Source: the human T2T-CHM13v2.0 reference genome, Homo sapiens. Taken from it: a stretch of DNA of 64,000 nt. Below, one piece after another: positions 13,096-29,563 of this stretch. Numbering within the stretch: the stretch's first letter is position 1; the number at the start of each line of letters is the position of its first letter. The stretch is from assembly GCF_009914755.1 (NCBI RefSeq), contig NC_060928.1. One strand, 5' to 3'. The notes under the pieces are model-generated. The model was not told the origin of the DNA. It searched no databases and saw nothing but the letters and a program-made list of their open reading frames with translations. A program made the translations under genes and the position numbers.

Positions 13096-13909
13096 CACAG
13101 ATATATATAATATATAACATTTGATAACATTTTATATATATTATATATAAATATTATATATATTAATTACATATAATATATAAATATTATATATATTACT
13201 CAATATATATAATACATATATAAAATCGTGACCCTGTGTAGGCCTAGGCTAATGTATGTGTTTGCGTATTACTTTTTTAACAAAAAAGTAAAAAAGGAAA
13301 AAAAAATTACAGGGTAATTTATAGAATAAGGCTGTAAAGAGAGAAAATATTTTTCTACTGCTGTTAATGTGTTTGTGCTTTAAGCTAAGTAAATTATTAC
13401 ATGACAGCAAAAAAGTTTAAAAAATTAGAAAGCATATAAAGGAAGTTACAATAAGCTAATTTATTATTGAAGAATATATTTGTTTTATACAGTTGGTAGC
13501 CTAAGTGCACAATATTTATAAAGTCTATCGTAGTGTACAGTAATATCCTTTATATTCACTCACTATGCACTCACGGACTCACCCAGAGCAACTTCCAGTC
13601 CTGCAAGATCCATTTGTGGTAATCATTTTTTAAGCAACAATATCATATTATTAATGTAGCTTTTCTATGATTAGACATGGCTAGATACACAAATACCATT
13701 GTGTTTCAATTGCCTCAAGTCCTCAGTACAGTAACATGCTGTATAGGTCTCTATACTAGAAGGACTAGGCTATATAAGATAGCCTAGGTATGTAGTAAGC
13801 TATTCCACACAGTTTGTGTGAGTACACTCCATGGTGTTCACACTATGACAAAATTGCCTAATGAGACATTTCTGGTAACTTTTCCCTATTGTTAAGCAGC
13901 ATATGACTG
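12538..13909 (-). mobile_element. Tigger3b-like DNA transposon
   Basis: Termini tagtcatg / atgactg with TA TSD; diagnostic ccctgaagacctcccagtgggacaagatgtggagg; 23-bp tandem duplication 12805-12850. Confidence 0.85.
13060..13222. repeat. (TA)n / AT-rich tract inside Tigger3b
   Basis: Direct inspection. Confidence 0.9.
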
Positions 13910-14683
13910 TATTAATCCTCTTAAATACATAATTAATCATAATAAACATATTTTTATAGATCATTTAGGAAAGTTGATGTGAGGATGAATATACTAAAGG
14001 TTTAGAGGAGAGATACAGTAGATTCTGTAATTTAGCTAATGATTAAGGTAATAATGTTACACTCTGTTCTAACTAGGATTAGATTGAAGAAAAAAAGACA
14101 TTTTCACTATGTTCCTTCCACCTCACTCTTTTTGCTATGTTTTTTGTTATCTGTTATCCATCTTGGAACCCTACCACATACAAATTAATTATTTATGATT
14201 CATTTTCTTATTTATTAATTTTACTTTTTCAGTATATATGGCTAATGATGTGTTACCTGCAGTTTTATTCTTAGAATCCTTATTAGAACTTAATATGTTA
14301 CGAATAAATACTATAAAAATAAAAAATTATTTTCTTTCTTACCAATTTTATAAGTGCAAACTATATATGATGCATTTTTAATTAAAATTTCCTAATATGC
14401 TCTATTTAAAATTTATGCTTGTCTAAATAATCTTCATATTTATGATACATTCCATTGATCCAAAGGGCAAAGTAAATCTTTTTTGAAAATATTACTTCAA
14501 AATAGCTGAAATAGAACTGATAACTTTAATTTATTAAGGTAAAATTAAGTTGTCAAATTTAACTTTGGAATACACTTTATAAACATACTACAGAATCCTT
14601 TGTTGACTTTATAATGTTTCCCTTCTGTCTCCCATATTGACAACATGAATTCCCTAAATTAGAACAGGAGACATTTTATTGAG

Positions 14684-15067
14684 CATCTCAGTCAGCTCAA
14701 GCTGCCATAACAAAGTATCTAGAGTCGGGGACTAAAACAACAGAAATTAATTTTCTCAAAGTTCTGGAGGCTGAAAGTCCAAAATAAAATCTGGTAAATT
14801 TGGTTCCTCATGGGGGCTCCCTTCCTGGATTGCAAACAGCCACCTTCTTGTTGTGTCCTCAAAGGGCAGACAGAGTTCTGGTGTCTCATCTTCTTGAAAG
14901 GACACCAGACTATCAGATTACGGCCCCACCCTATAACCTCATTTAACCTTTAGCCCCCTCCTCCCGGGCCCTATCATCAAATATAGTCTTTTTGAGGAGT
15001 AGGTTTCAATACAGGAATTTGGGTGGGGTGGAGGGGGTAGCAGGACAGAAACATTTGCTCCATAACA
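14684..15067 (-). mobile_element. MaLR solo LTR, MLT1A0-like
   Basis: gctgccataacaaag...gttctggaggctgaaagtcc...ccataaca; TSD ttgag/ctgag. Confidence 0.8.
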
Positions 15068-15258
15068 CTGAGTTAAGTAAAAAGTAGTTTAGACTGAATC
15101 AGAATAATATTTTCAAAAAATGAGTCCCTGCCTTTAAGAAATATATAAATTTATGGCAAAGAGGTGAAGGAAACAAAAATGATTATAGCTATTAAACTTA
15201 TGTATTGTTATAAGGAATCAAACATTAAAGAGAAAATCAATTGTTAAAAGCAAAATAT

Positions 15259-15676
<418 letters not shown>

Positions 15677-16232
15677 TTATTGGTTAATTTAAAGAGTCTA
15701 TTTCAGGATAAGAAAGGCAAGATGAAATAGAGGAAAACTATCATTCAATTCAAAACACTGGGCAAGTTTCCTAAATATTTTAATAGCCTCTTCATTTATA
15801 AAATGGAAATCAAAATATTTTCTCTACCCGCTGAGTTTTGTGACAGTAAACAAAAATGCAACAAGTAGAAATTATTTTTTAAAAAGTCTGTCTGTCTGTA
15901 TAAATGCGAAGTACTGTATTAAAGTGACTGGTGAGCCTGTGCGCTATTAATTCTTATGGAAACCATTGTACAGCACCTTTAAATTTTACTTCTGCTTGTA
16001 GAATTTCTGAATATTTGTTAAAAGAAAAAACTGAAGGTAAATTCTGTGAGTACTCAATATTACTGTCCAGCAGAGAAACTGGAGTAGAACTGATGATACA
16101 GGCTTGCCACACCTGAGGACTGAGGATTCATATACTTGGAAGCAGTAGCTGAAATAAGGAGGCAGTAGAGATTTCTTAGAAGATAGTCTGGCGAAACAGA
16201 GAGAGGTATCCAGATTAGAAAGCCCAGGATGG

Positions 16233-16745
<513 letters not shown>

Positions 16746-17352
16746 TTATTCCTTCCTTCATCTGATCAGGCCAAATCAGTTTAATATGATTTGAATTAAT
16801 ATAAAAGGCAACTAATCAGATTCTAAACTCTTTTGCTATTTTAAACTATTACTTCTAATTAGATGTTCAACTTTTAAAACATGTTACATATATATATATA
16901 TATATATATTCTCCATTTAAAAAATGTTATGTATAGTTGTTTTATTAATTGAGGCTTATCATAGATATGAAGAGACCGGGTGAGGGTGTGGACTGAAATG
17001 GCAGTGGAAATGACATGCAGGAAAATTTTTAAAGAAAAAGAAATGTGACAATATTGGGGATAACATACAAAGAAGGAAAAATGAAAATGTCTTGTGATCT
17101 TTTTACCTGAGAAAGTAAAAGAAGAAGAAAGGCATTGACACACAGGGAAGATTTGGAAGGAAGGAAAAATGGACAGGTCATTTGATATGCCAATTTCAGA
17201 CATGTAACATTTGAAAATAAGAAACGGATGATGATCTGCACGTGACTTCTCTGCAAGTGGAAATTGGAGGCTGACCAGAAGGAAAACAGTACAGAATGTG
17301 GATAGGCTTACGGGTTACAGTAAAAAAAGTTACATATAAATATGTTATAATA

Positions 17353-17430
17353 TTAGGTTGGTGCAAAAGTAATTGTGGTTTCACTATTACTTTTAATGAC
17401 AAAACCACAGTTACTTTTGGATCAACCTAA
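17353..17430. mobile_element. MADE1 (Hsmar1-derived palindromic MITE)
   Basis: ttaggttggtgcaaaagtaattgtggttt...aaaccacagttacttttggatcaacctaa with TA TSD. Confidence 0.92.
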
Positions 17431-18829
17431 TAGAATGACAATTTAAAGTATATGATAGCCTAGAGACTTTTCAGTGGCTAATTTATTCTGAGACAATTTG
17501 CTTAACATAAGTTTCAATCTAGGCAAATAAAAATAGTTGTTTTTTGTTGAGAACCTATTGTTATTATTACTATTTTATGAATTAAGAAATTAAGGCTTTA
17601 GATGTTTATGTGACTCTCCCTAGGTAGAAAGGTCTGTCATTGGCAAAGGTAAAACTGAAGCTTAGATTAGCTTGAGACTAAAGCCTGTGGCCTTTACACT
17701 GGCTGAACAAGAAAAAGTGAAACAGCAACTTAGCGTGAAGATTAAGTTGAAATTCTGAGATTCTGATTCATGGTGGAAGGGGGACAAAATCAGAAATAAA
17801 GAATTGATACATATAAATAAAGGAAACCATATTTCTTTTTTAAAAAAATATAGCTATTAACTCAACTAAATTGATCTTGTTGAGATCAATTCTTTGAGTA
17901 ATATATCATGATAGATAACTTGCTGATACTATGAAAGGTGTATTATATTTTGGTCCAAAACCAATAAACCTAGGAATAAATTTAGGCTAATCCTTTTGTT
18001 CAAGGATTTGAGATCACATCATAAAGATTGAGTGTACTATTATGAGTCATTTGGTTTATAACAGAAATTCTCAATTTATTCTAAATTTTCAGATCTCTCC
18101 AAGTTACATTGATTTAATAAGGTCCAATGCCATGTGTAATTGCAGTTTGGCAGTCAAATGGGAAAGATATTAAAAACCACTGAGCCACTTTTATTTAGAA
18201 GTATAGATTGTCGTACCTCTACCTATGCAATTGTAGAGAAGATCTTATTCTTCATGTGAGACATTCTTGACAACTATGTGCATTAAGCCTTACGCTATTT
18301 TTGGTATGTATAAAATGCCCCTTGAGATAGATAAAAGCACTCTGTGAAAGCATTTTGTTATTGGCTTAAAAAAGATAAAACTAACAGCCTAGAGTTGCAC
18401 AATCTCTCTTTTCCTTAGATATTAATTATATAACATAGTATTTTTGCTCTTCTACCAGAAGTGTTTTTGGTTATCTTATTTGCCATATCTAAGTATCCTG
18501 TATGGAACACTGAATTGTTAGTAATGACCACTGTTTTCATCCTCATTTCCCTCCAAAAGCAGAAAAAAAAAGACCAATACAATAACTAGTATTTCCCATC
18601 TTCTATTTATTCATTTCCTGTGGGATAAGATAGTGGCATAGAAAAGCAAATTGGATCATAATTATCTCAGGTTCTTCCCTCATTCCACTACGCCCTCACT
18701 CAAGTTATCTTCACTGAATTTGTTTTAACTTTGTAACCTAATCAATTACAGAGAGAAACAATGCAAGTATCATGCTTTTAAACATTTTAAATAAGATATC
18801 TCATGCCTCTATTATTTGGAGCTCTTAAC

Positions 18830-19200
18830 TTTAAAAAGTCCAAAATTCATCTCAACTAAGCCTTAGGCAAAGAAAACGGGACTCTCTTTCTAGATATTAC
18901 TGCTAAGTTCTTTAGGAAAGAACTTTTACAGCTGGATCCAGGTTCTCAATGAAAGTGAGAATCTCTCTCTTCCAGTTCTCTACTTCTGCTTTCCTTACTT
19001 TCATACAGGCTTTTCTTGTAAGAAAGTAGAGATAGTTACCCAAACCTACTACATAGCAACTGGTCAAGACCATTGAAATCCTTTTATAGAAAAATGCCCC
19101 TTTTCCAATTAGCTGAGGCTGTAAGCAGGGTTCTCCCTGACCAGGATTGGATGAAAGATCTACTATCAAACCATTACTATGGTCTTCTGACAGAACAACA
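18830..19200 (-). mobile_element. Old MaLR LTR fragment, MLT1K/J-like
   Basis: ctcaactaagccttaggcaaag and gctggatccaggttctcaa motifs; boundaries approximate. Confidence 0.5.
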
Positions 19201-19455
19201 GGGGTAACAGTCAATTTTACTTAATCAGCAATTGGAAGTAAAATATTGTACTATTTGATTTAGTGTAAAGAAAAAAAACCTTCATCTTTTTCTGGCAAAT
19301 ACATATGCTTGTTCCTGTAAAACAGCAACAAAAATCTGCATTTCACGTCAGTTTTGTCTCAGCCGCAAAGTGAATAGCAATATTCTATGGCCAGTTATAC
19401 TATTGAGTTTATTTCAGACACTAGGTACCATGGAGCTCCTTTGTTCTCTCTAGAC

Positions 19456-19632
19456 CAGTGGCTCTCAAGGTTGGCTGTCCATGAAAATCATCTGAGGAGC
19501 TTTAAATTTTGTCCTTCCTAGACATCGGTCTCAGATATTCTAATTTTATGGGTTGGGAGCTGTGGCCAGAATAACAGGAGTTTGGAAGCTCCTCCAGCTA
19601 TTCTAAAGTACAAACAAATTTGAGAACTTCTG
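19456..19632. mobile_element. MER5B-like hAT MITE
   Basis: cagtggctctcaa...aatcatctgaggagcttt...tttgagaacttctg. Confidence 0.7.
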
Positions 19633-20649
19633 TTAATGTTCTGTATTGTTTTCATGCTAAATCAAATTTCAAATTTCAAATTTCAAATGTATTATGAATT
19701 GGTGAACATTGATATATTTCATGCCTGAGAAGAAATTGTTTTTCTTAGTTGATTAAGATAGCATATTTGAAGATGATATAGTTTTTCTATTTTTTCATAG
19801 ATTCTTTTGCTTACCTAGGTTGTAGTCTTTATCATACTATATCATACTTCAATTATCTGTTTGATTCTTTCTCCTTTACATTAAACTGATAACGCCTGAA
19901 GGTATTCCCTATTATTTTTATGTCTCCGACTCTTGTATCTTCCACAGTGTTTGTTATTTAGAAGGTACTTAACAAATGTTTTATCCAGTGTTAAGAGCAG
20001 CTGAATTTTGTATTCTTGTAGTTGAGTGTACAACAAAAAATAAATGGTTATCTCTGCAGGATTATGGGAAAGGAAGCAAAACTCATTCTTTTTTTCCCTC
20101 TAACTAGAAAACTAGTCAAGGTAATTTAAATTGTTCCCAATCAAATGTCAAAGATGTAAGCCACGTTAAAATGCATCTTGCAATGTAAAATAATAAGTGG
20201 GAAAATTAAAGTTCTTCTACATGAACACTATTGATAGTTAGAGGGTATTATATTCATGTAATTCAAGAAGTCCTGTGAAGTGTCTAGAGGCAATTGACTA
20301 AAACAAACTGAATGTTTTATTTTTATCCTTGCCAACTTGGAATTGGTTTAATATTTAGGTAGGTGGTTTTCTCCTGAATGATGTTTGAAGCACCATAGTA
20401 CACAAAATAAAACACTGGCTGCACTGACATGCTGTTCTTACCACCTTAAAACCCAATAAATGAACACTTTTTTAACCTATTTTTATTTGTCTTCGTGCTT
20501 TTCTTTCTGAGTCAAATTTTATAATTTTATAAAATAGAAGATGAGGAAAGAACTAATATACATTGATTGTTTACAAATTTCTATGTAGAAGGTCACTTTC
20601 ATTTTGTGTTTACTCAATTACTGACAAATATTTATTGAACATATCTATT

Positions 20650-20880
20650 TTGTTGAAGGGATTGTGCTAGATCATTTGACATTTTAAACTTAGTCATCAA
20701 GATCATCCTATAAAGTATTATTATGCTTACTGATAAAAATAAAAATTGGAAGCATAAAACTAAACAGATGAATAAGAAAAAACTTTCCTGATATTACACA
20801 GCTACAAATTGTATAAAAATTAGGATTTAACTCACATATATTGGACTCTAAAATCCATATATTTTTCCATTTCGCCACAA
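20650..20880 (-). mobile_element. Degenerate MIR (adjacent L2 3' fragment at ~20600-20650)
   Basis: cacagctac...aggatttaactcac...gactctaaaatccat MIR-core pattern. Confidence 0.55.
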
Positions 20881-20931
20881 ATGTAATTCGTAGCATCCCT
20901 CCAATTGTTGTAAATGTTGTATTTTCCCATC

Positions 20932-21346
20932 TCTGTTAGTCTGTTTGGCATTGCTATAAAGGAGTAACTGTGGATTGGTAGTTTATAAAGAAAAGAGGTT
21001 AATTTGGCTCATGGTTCTGGAGGCTGTATAAGCATGGCACCCGCATCTGGCTGGCATCTGGCAAGGGCCTCAGGAAGCTTTTAGTCACAGCAGAAGGGAA
21101 GAGGAGCAGAGCATCACATGGCAAAAGGGGGAACAAGAGAGAGAGGGGTAGGTCTCAGACATTTTTGAACAACCAGCTCTCCTGCGAAGAGAGCAAGAAC
21201 CCACTCATTACCATGGGGAAGGCACCAAGCCTTTCATTAGGAATCTGCCCCCATGATCCAAACTCCTCCCACTATGTCCCACCTTCAACACTGGGGATCA
21301 CATTTCAACATGAGATTTGGAGAGGAGAAACAATCTCATTCTATTA
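20932..21346 (-). mobile_element. MaLR solo LTR, MSTB-like
   Basis: gcattgctataaagga...tttataaagaaaagaggtt...catttcaacatgagatttgg. Confidence 0.85.
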
Positions 21347-21863
21347 CTACTCCTTAATTTCCCATTCTTAATTTTGCAAGATTTCATTCTTATGTGAAAT
21401 TTGACATTTTCACTGAATTAAGGGCAAGTTAAAATACACTTTGGAGGACACTGCACATAAGAGGCCTCTGACTTGGCTCAATCCCATTTCTTGGGCAGCA
21501 TTAGTCCTGGCACATGTGCGTGTGATTGATTTTCTACCTCAGCACTATATGACATGTCAGGACAAACAATGAGATTGTGATGAAGTCACTTGCTTAAAAC
21601 TGACAACTACAATATTTGTTTCTGTCTTTCTTTACATGTATTTAGGATAAATATAAAACAACCTTTTACAACTGATATTTACACGAAGGTTTAAGAGGTC
21701 AATTTCTGACTATGATTGGATATCTTAAAACAAAACACAATTTGTATTTAATTAGGACACAATCAAACTTACTTGTGTGACTTTTGATAAAACATTTTTA
21801 AAAATAAATACACAGTATACCCAATATTGTGGATAAAATTCTCTTTGTTTGACTTTACTAAAT

Positions 21864-22047
21864 CAATAGTTTAGAACCAGGGTCTCCTTTGCCCCTTGGG
21901 AGATATTGGGCAATGTTTAGAATTTTTTTTGTTGTCACAACTGGAAAGGAGGTGTGTACAACGTTCTACAATATGCAAGACTACCTTCCACCGCAAAAAA
22001 ACTCGACAATCCAAAATGTCAATGGTGCCAAGATTGAGCAACCGTGC
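21864..22047 (+). mobile_element. MER20, internally deleted
   Basis: tttgcccc...ttgtcacaactgg...caaaatgtcaatggtgccaagattgag. Confidence 0.7.
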
Positions 22048-23095
22048 TTTTGATGGATCATCAAAACCAATGCTATATCGCTATATCTCAAATTGATTGC
22101 TAACTTGTGTAAGCTACCGTACATGGTGAGTTAAAGAGAAGAAGAATAAACTTTTTGAAGTTTACAAGCCTTGACAGACAACCATGACTAAAATACTGAA
22201 GAGAAACGGAACCTGAATAAGCATTTCTTAAATATTGAAAGCAGAGCATGGTACATTTTAAAAAGTAATCAAATTCTATCTGGAGTGGCTAATGGGGAGC
22301 CATAGAAGTTTGCTATTAAGCAAAGGAAGGGTCAAGGCTGGCCTTTATTATTCCTCCATGAAAGCTTCCTGGAAGCTGACTTAACAAAGGAAGAATTTTG
22401 ATGTACAAATTTATTTGATGATGAGTCAGGAGAAGTGATAGCCCAGGAACTGACTTTACCTTGACAAGAACAAAGATGACTGATAAAGACACAAATCACC
22501 ACTGCCTCACAAAAAACAACAGCAAAACTTAAAATTTTTGAACTTGTCACTTTTGTAACCTGGATATTTAAGTACTTCACGTTTGCTCTTTTAATTGTCA
22601 CGTCACTGTGAAGTTATAGAGGCTTTAATGCTCCTTTTTAAGTCCAAAGGGATGTTTCCCACAGCAGGCGCTTTCCATTTATGAGAACTTAACATGTTTC
22701 CTGCCCTAACAGTTTTTAAAAAAGGAAAAAGAGTGACCTGTAGAAAGCAAAATCATCTGCTGCCACTTACCCACCAGGGGAAAAAAATCCGTTCTTTATA
22801 TTATCTAACTCTAAATAATTTAAGTAATTTACTTTAACTTAGGCCATGAAATCGACTATTAACTATGTCTCTTTCTTAAGAATACACAGATAATACTTCT
22901 GATATGTAAGAAGGTTACAGTGGAAAATAACAATTTCAATACAGAAGCAGGTATTAAGGACCTATTCATAAAATTGTCACTCTCAAATCCCTGTTTCTAT
23001 ATTCAACCCTAAATCTCTTTTGAAACATTTATCTGTAAGCCAACTTCAGTAGGCTAGAGAAACTACTTCATACTTTACCATTCTTTTAATCTTCT

Positions 23096-23683
<588 letters not shown>

Positions 23684-24399
23684 TAGAAAATAATCTAAAA
23701 TGAGGAAACACAAAAAGAGAAAAACAAAAGAAATTACCTAAAGACTCAAAAGCTCAGATAAGAACTGTAAATACTTTTCTGTATTGTCTTCTGCAATATG
23801 ACATATAAAATACTTAAGGTTCTACATCACCCAATTTCATTTAAATAGATTGTAAATGAATAGCTAAGTCAATCAATAGGTGCTACGTCATTTTTAATGG
23901 TACCTAGTTTTCTTTTGTAACCATGAATCATTATACTAATTCTGTATTTTTGAATGTTTAAATTATTTCCAGTATTATGAATGTCTTAGTGAACAACACC
24001 CTGTTATATACATCTTTGCAAATATTTAGGGAAGACCATTCCCCCAAAATGGAAATATTGGGTAAAACTATGAATTTTTATTGATATTGAGCAATTATGC
24101 AGCAAAAAGTTTACACAGTTTTTTTCTTTCTTTTAGGAATTGAGTATCTGCTTATCAAAACCTCATTACCATTTGATATTATTATCTACATTTTTTGAAT
24201 TATTATCTACATTTACTGAATTTCATATGTTTTCAGTAATAGTGATATTAAACTTTTTTGTACATATTTCTTTTTTTGTATTTATGTCTTTGTTGATTAA
24301 TAGTTTATTAAATTATATTTTCTTTTTTTAATCTTATTCATAATATTACTTTGGAAATATATGTAGATATCAACTTTTGTTGCAATGTTTTCCAGTCAC

Positions 24400-24780
24400 C
24401 ATTCATTTATTTATTCCACAAATATGTATTAGCATAAACTATAAGCTACACAGTGTCCTACTCCTAATGACAAAAAACAATCGGTAGTAAAAAGCTAACA
24501 AGCTCCCATTTTCATTGAGCCTACAGTCTGGGAGGTGGCTATAAATTAAATAATTATAGAGGATGTATGCAAAATTATGAATATAAGTGTTTGATGGTAT
24601 TTCTGTCCTTTGAAAATATAATTTAAAGCATGACTTATGCTGAATAAACAAAAAAGGCCTTTTAGAGAAAATGATGCTTAGAATGAGCTCTGACAGATGA
24701 ATTGGTAAGCAGAAAACAATGCCCAGCAAAGGGACTGGCAAATGCAAAGCTAAGGCAGCCACTTTTCCTATACGTTTCTA
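24400..24780 (-). mobile_element. L2 3' fragment
   Basis: cattcatttatttattccacaaatatgtatt followed by L2-like sequence. Confidence 0.65.
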
Positions 24781-25487
24781 AGACTAACTCAAGTTGTTCT
24801 CTGACAGTCTAATGAAAACAGATTAACACAGCAGATAACAGGACAAAATAACCATGTAGTAAACTCCAGGCTAGCAAAGGTTTTGGTGTTTCTTTCGTCT
24901 ATAAGCCACTATGACAATCTAGTGATTGATACCAATATGTAAGCCACTTTGGCACCAATCTATAAATTGGATTTTTTAAAAATCCTGCTAATGGCATTGA
25001 CAGCATTAATATCTTTGGAAGCACAGTACTTCAGTACAATGGGCAACAAGCCATGCATTAACCATAGGGAAAGTTGCATTTTTCCATCTTGATGGCTAAC
25101 TCAACATGTTTAAAACAAAAGTATCTCTGTTGCAGAAAGCTTTCCCAGCAGGAAAAATGGAGACAAAAATAACTCAGGATGAGCTGAATAGCAATAAAGT
25201 CTCATCTTTGCTTGGAATTCTGATAAGTGGATATTTGGAACACTTTCATGTTATTTATTCACTCAAATAGCAGATATATTGTTTTCACAATTTTGTGATC
25301 AAAATTAATTGTCAAAAATGAAAGCAAAGTTCCTATTTATTTGTTTATAATTAAAGTTTACCTCTTAGGAATTATTTCTGCAGAGTTGTCAACCCATTCT
25401 CAATTCATGGTAAAATCTGATTATTTCTTCTCCCTCTTTTTCCTTCTTCTCAGGGTGACCTAAGTAGTTAGCAGGCTTATATATCAT

Positions 25488-25702
25488 CGATAGTGTGCTG
25501 GTAAATGTTTAACAACAACAAGCACTTTGGAGGGAAAAAATAAAAAAGGCCCTGATTTGTAGGGTTTCCAAGTTTCTGGTATGAATGTTCACATAGTGGC
25601 CAATTTTGAGCTTCCAACTTGACATCACTGAATGCGGTGTTGGATAGAGATGCTCACACTTGGCTCTAATGAGATGGTGGGAAGCTACTGCAGTGTACTA
25701 TT
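25488..25702 (+). mobile_element. MER63A-like hAT MITE
   Basis: gtgtgctggtaaatgtttaacaac...gccctgatttgtag...catcactgaatgcgg. Confidence 0.8.
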
Positions 25703-27229
25703 CTTTATAGCCCTGGAGTTGGGAAATGTTTGTGGCTTGAGCATGTTCTGCTGTTCTCATTGGCCTCTGCTAAGGTCTTTTTCTCCCTGATAATGAGAAT
25801 TGGCTTCTGTCTTCATCATCAGCATCTTAGGTTGGTGTATTTTCTCTGATCCTATGGAACAGGCAGATGTTCTGACTGTTCTGGAGATAGCGTGACTGAC
25901 TCTCTGGATGACTTTGCCCCAACCCTGGCTCAGCTCCTGATGGCTTTACAATTCCTGCCATGGAATCCATAATTCCCATAACAATTTCTGGGCAGCTGAG
26001 TTAGCATTTATTTCTCTTCGGCACTCTGATTCTGGAAAGATATGGATATTATCTACGTCTTATGCATTGTGAGGGAGATTTGAGATGCAGGATGTCTATC
26101 TCAGACTTCCATTGTTTCACACTGGCATTTTTACTCTTCTGCAGCTATGTAGGTCTAGGAGCATTCTGTACCCATTTAGAGAGTTCCTGATAGTCAGTAG
26201 CTCAAAATTTCCGTTTTTTTCAGATCACAAATATAAGAGTTGACTTCAATAGATGCCATCCCTCCTCTCTACTCCCTCCACCACAACCCAGATTTTGGCC
26301 ACAATCATGGTTGGGCATCTGAACTCTATGCTCTCTCTTACTCATCTTGTCTAAGCTTCCAATCCCAACAGTTTTATCTTTTCCCTGCTTTTGGAAAAAC
26401 AGCTCTAGTTTAATTATTGCATTATTCGTGATCCAGCATTTCATGGATGTAACCTAGCTCTTGAGTTTTCTAGGTTTAGCTCATGGTAAGGAAATCCTGA
26501 TATTTAGAATTCTATTAAAAACAAACAAAGTATTTTTCTCTCTTAATTGCCTGCCTCATGAGAATTCAAAGCACATTGGGCTTTACATTACTGTTTGACA
26601 ATAATATAAATATATATATATATTTGTAAATTAGAGCTGAGTGATGCTTATTTTCATCTTTGAGATATGAGGCTTTCAGAAAGAAAAAAAATAGGCTAAA
26701 ATTCCCTATACCACTCTAAAATGCATGTTCTTGATGTAATGGTAAGTAATGAGGATACAAGGATGAAAAAGTCAGACGTGCCCCCTTTCTTTATAAAAGT
26801 TAGTCAAATTGGCATGCGGACCAATTTTTTAAAATAAAATTAATGTGCTGTGATAATTGCCATGTTGAGAATAGTACTGGGTGCCATGTGAACTCATAAG
26901 AAGCATTGCTAACCTAGGCTGGTATAGACAGGAACAAAGTCTATTGAAAATTGTGACTGAGGGCTTTGTGATTAATAAACTGGCTCCAGTTAGTGTATCT
27001 TTAGTACATGTTGTCGAAATTTATGAAAGATGTATCATGGCCAAAATGGTTATATGGCCAAAAGGGAAGAACAACTGACCTCTTCACGGTAAGGATATGT
27101 CTTGACTAATGTAGAACAATGGAAGATAAATAAATGGAAGAAAAAAAAAAACGGAAACTCTATCTGAAATAAAGTAAGAGCTATAACTACTGGCAAGCAT
27201 TTTGTAAGATGAAGGCTAGAATATTGTTA

Positions 27230-27401
27230 GCACTGCCTTAGTTTGTGCTAAGCCACCAGCAGTGGTACCCATCATTACTTTGCACCTTGAGTGTAAATGT
27301 CAAAAGCATAGTTTAGGAGTTTATTTTTGACTGTACAGACTCCCAGAAAGGGACTCAGAAACTTCCAAGTGTCTGCTGGTCACACCATGAGAATCACCTG
27401 T
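27230..27401. mobile_element. Charlie1-like hAT terminal fragment
   Basis: tacccatcattactttgcacc...gtgtaaatgtcaa...cacaccatgagaatcacctg. Confidence 0.6.
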
Positions 27402-27409
27402 CTATAAAA

Positions 27410-27920
27410 GCCTATCCCACTTTTCCTTCTGTTTCCTTGCTGACCTCACCCTCTTTTGCTCTCCTCTTCTTCACTCCATTTCAGCCACATTGACCTGATT
27501 GCTATTTTACAAATACTGCTGACATACACTAGTTTTTAGAAGTTGCACTGGCTGTTCTCTCTGCTTTGGATGTGATCTTCCATCACATTCAAATGGCTAT
27601 CTCCCCAAAGGCTAACAGCTAATTAAGCCATTGCTCAAACATTACCTTATAAATAAGACCTACCCTGTCCACACTATTGAAGATCGCAACTCAGAACCTT
27701 TAATTTTACTTACCTTGTTTTATATTTTTTATAGCTTTTAGTACATTCCCTTTTTATGTTTGTTATGCTTATTTTTTTTTTCCTCTCATCTCCCACTAAA
27801 ACAGAAGTTTTATGCAGGCAGGGATTTTTTTATATTTTGTTTATTGCTGTATCTCAAATGTTTATATTGAGTCATGTATGGTAGGTATCAATAAATATTT
27901 TTGAAGTAAAAGGTGAATGA
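27410..27920 (+). mobile_element. L2 3' fragment
   Basis: Ends gtaggtatcaataaatatttttgaa...gaatga. Confidence 0.7.
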
Positions 27921-28017
27921 CTCTAATTGCATATCATTTTATGAATCAACTGCTCTTTTTCATTTCAGAGGATATTAATAATACATAATAATAATATATT
28001 TTAAAATTTCTGCTCAC

Positions 28018-28331
<314 letters not shown>

Positions 28332-28598
28332 TATCTTTTCCCAAGTATTTCTTATTCTTATTGTTTTCTTTTGACTTGTCTTTTGTGCTGGAGATTTCCT
28401 CAAATACCTGATGAGCTTTTCTCTCCATTCATACTTAATAGTGAGGTTCTTAAAGTCTTCCTAGATGCTCTAATTGCATGTTTTCATGGGAGGGCTTTTC
28501 TTTAGACTGAAGAAGAATGGTTTGCCTGGAGTCTGTAAGTAGGACTTCTTCCTTGGGTAGTCAGTATCTCCAGAAAGGAATTTTCTAATGCTACCCTG

Positions 28599-29459
<861 letters not shown>

Positions 29460-29563
29460 CCCTGACAGTATACATTTATGTAAGACTGGTTTGTATACAT
29501 TGAATACCAAGTTGAGAAAGATTATTAGTGGTCTTACTCTTAAATGTATAGACTTATTTAATC

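Noticed and set aside
22765-22785. CTCF-like CCACCAGGGG overlapping a minus-strand GTAAGT
   Set aside because: 3' half of the CTCF core is missing and I found no convincing partner acceptor
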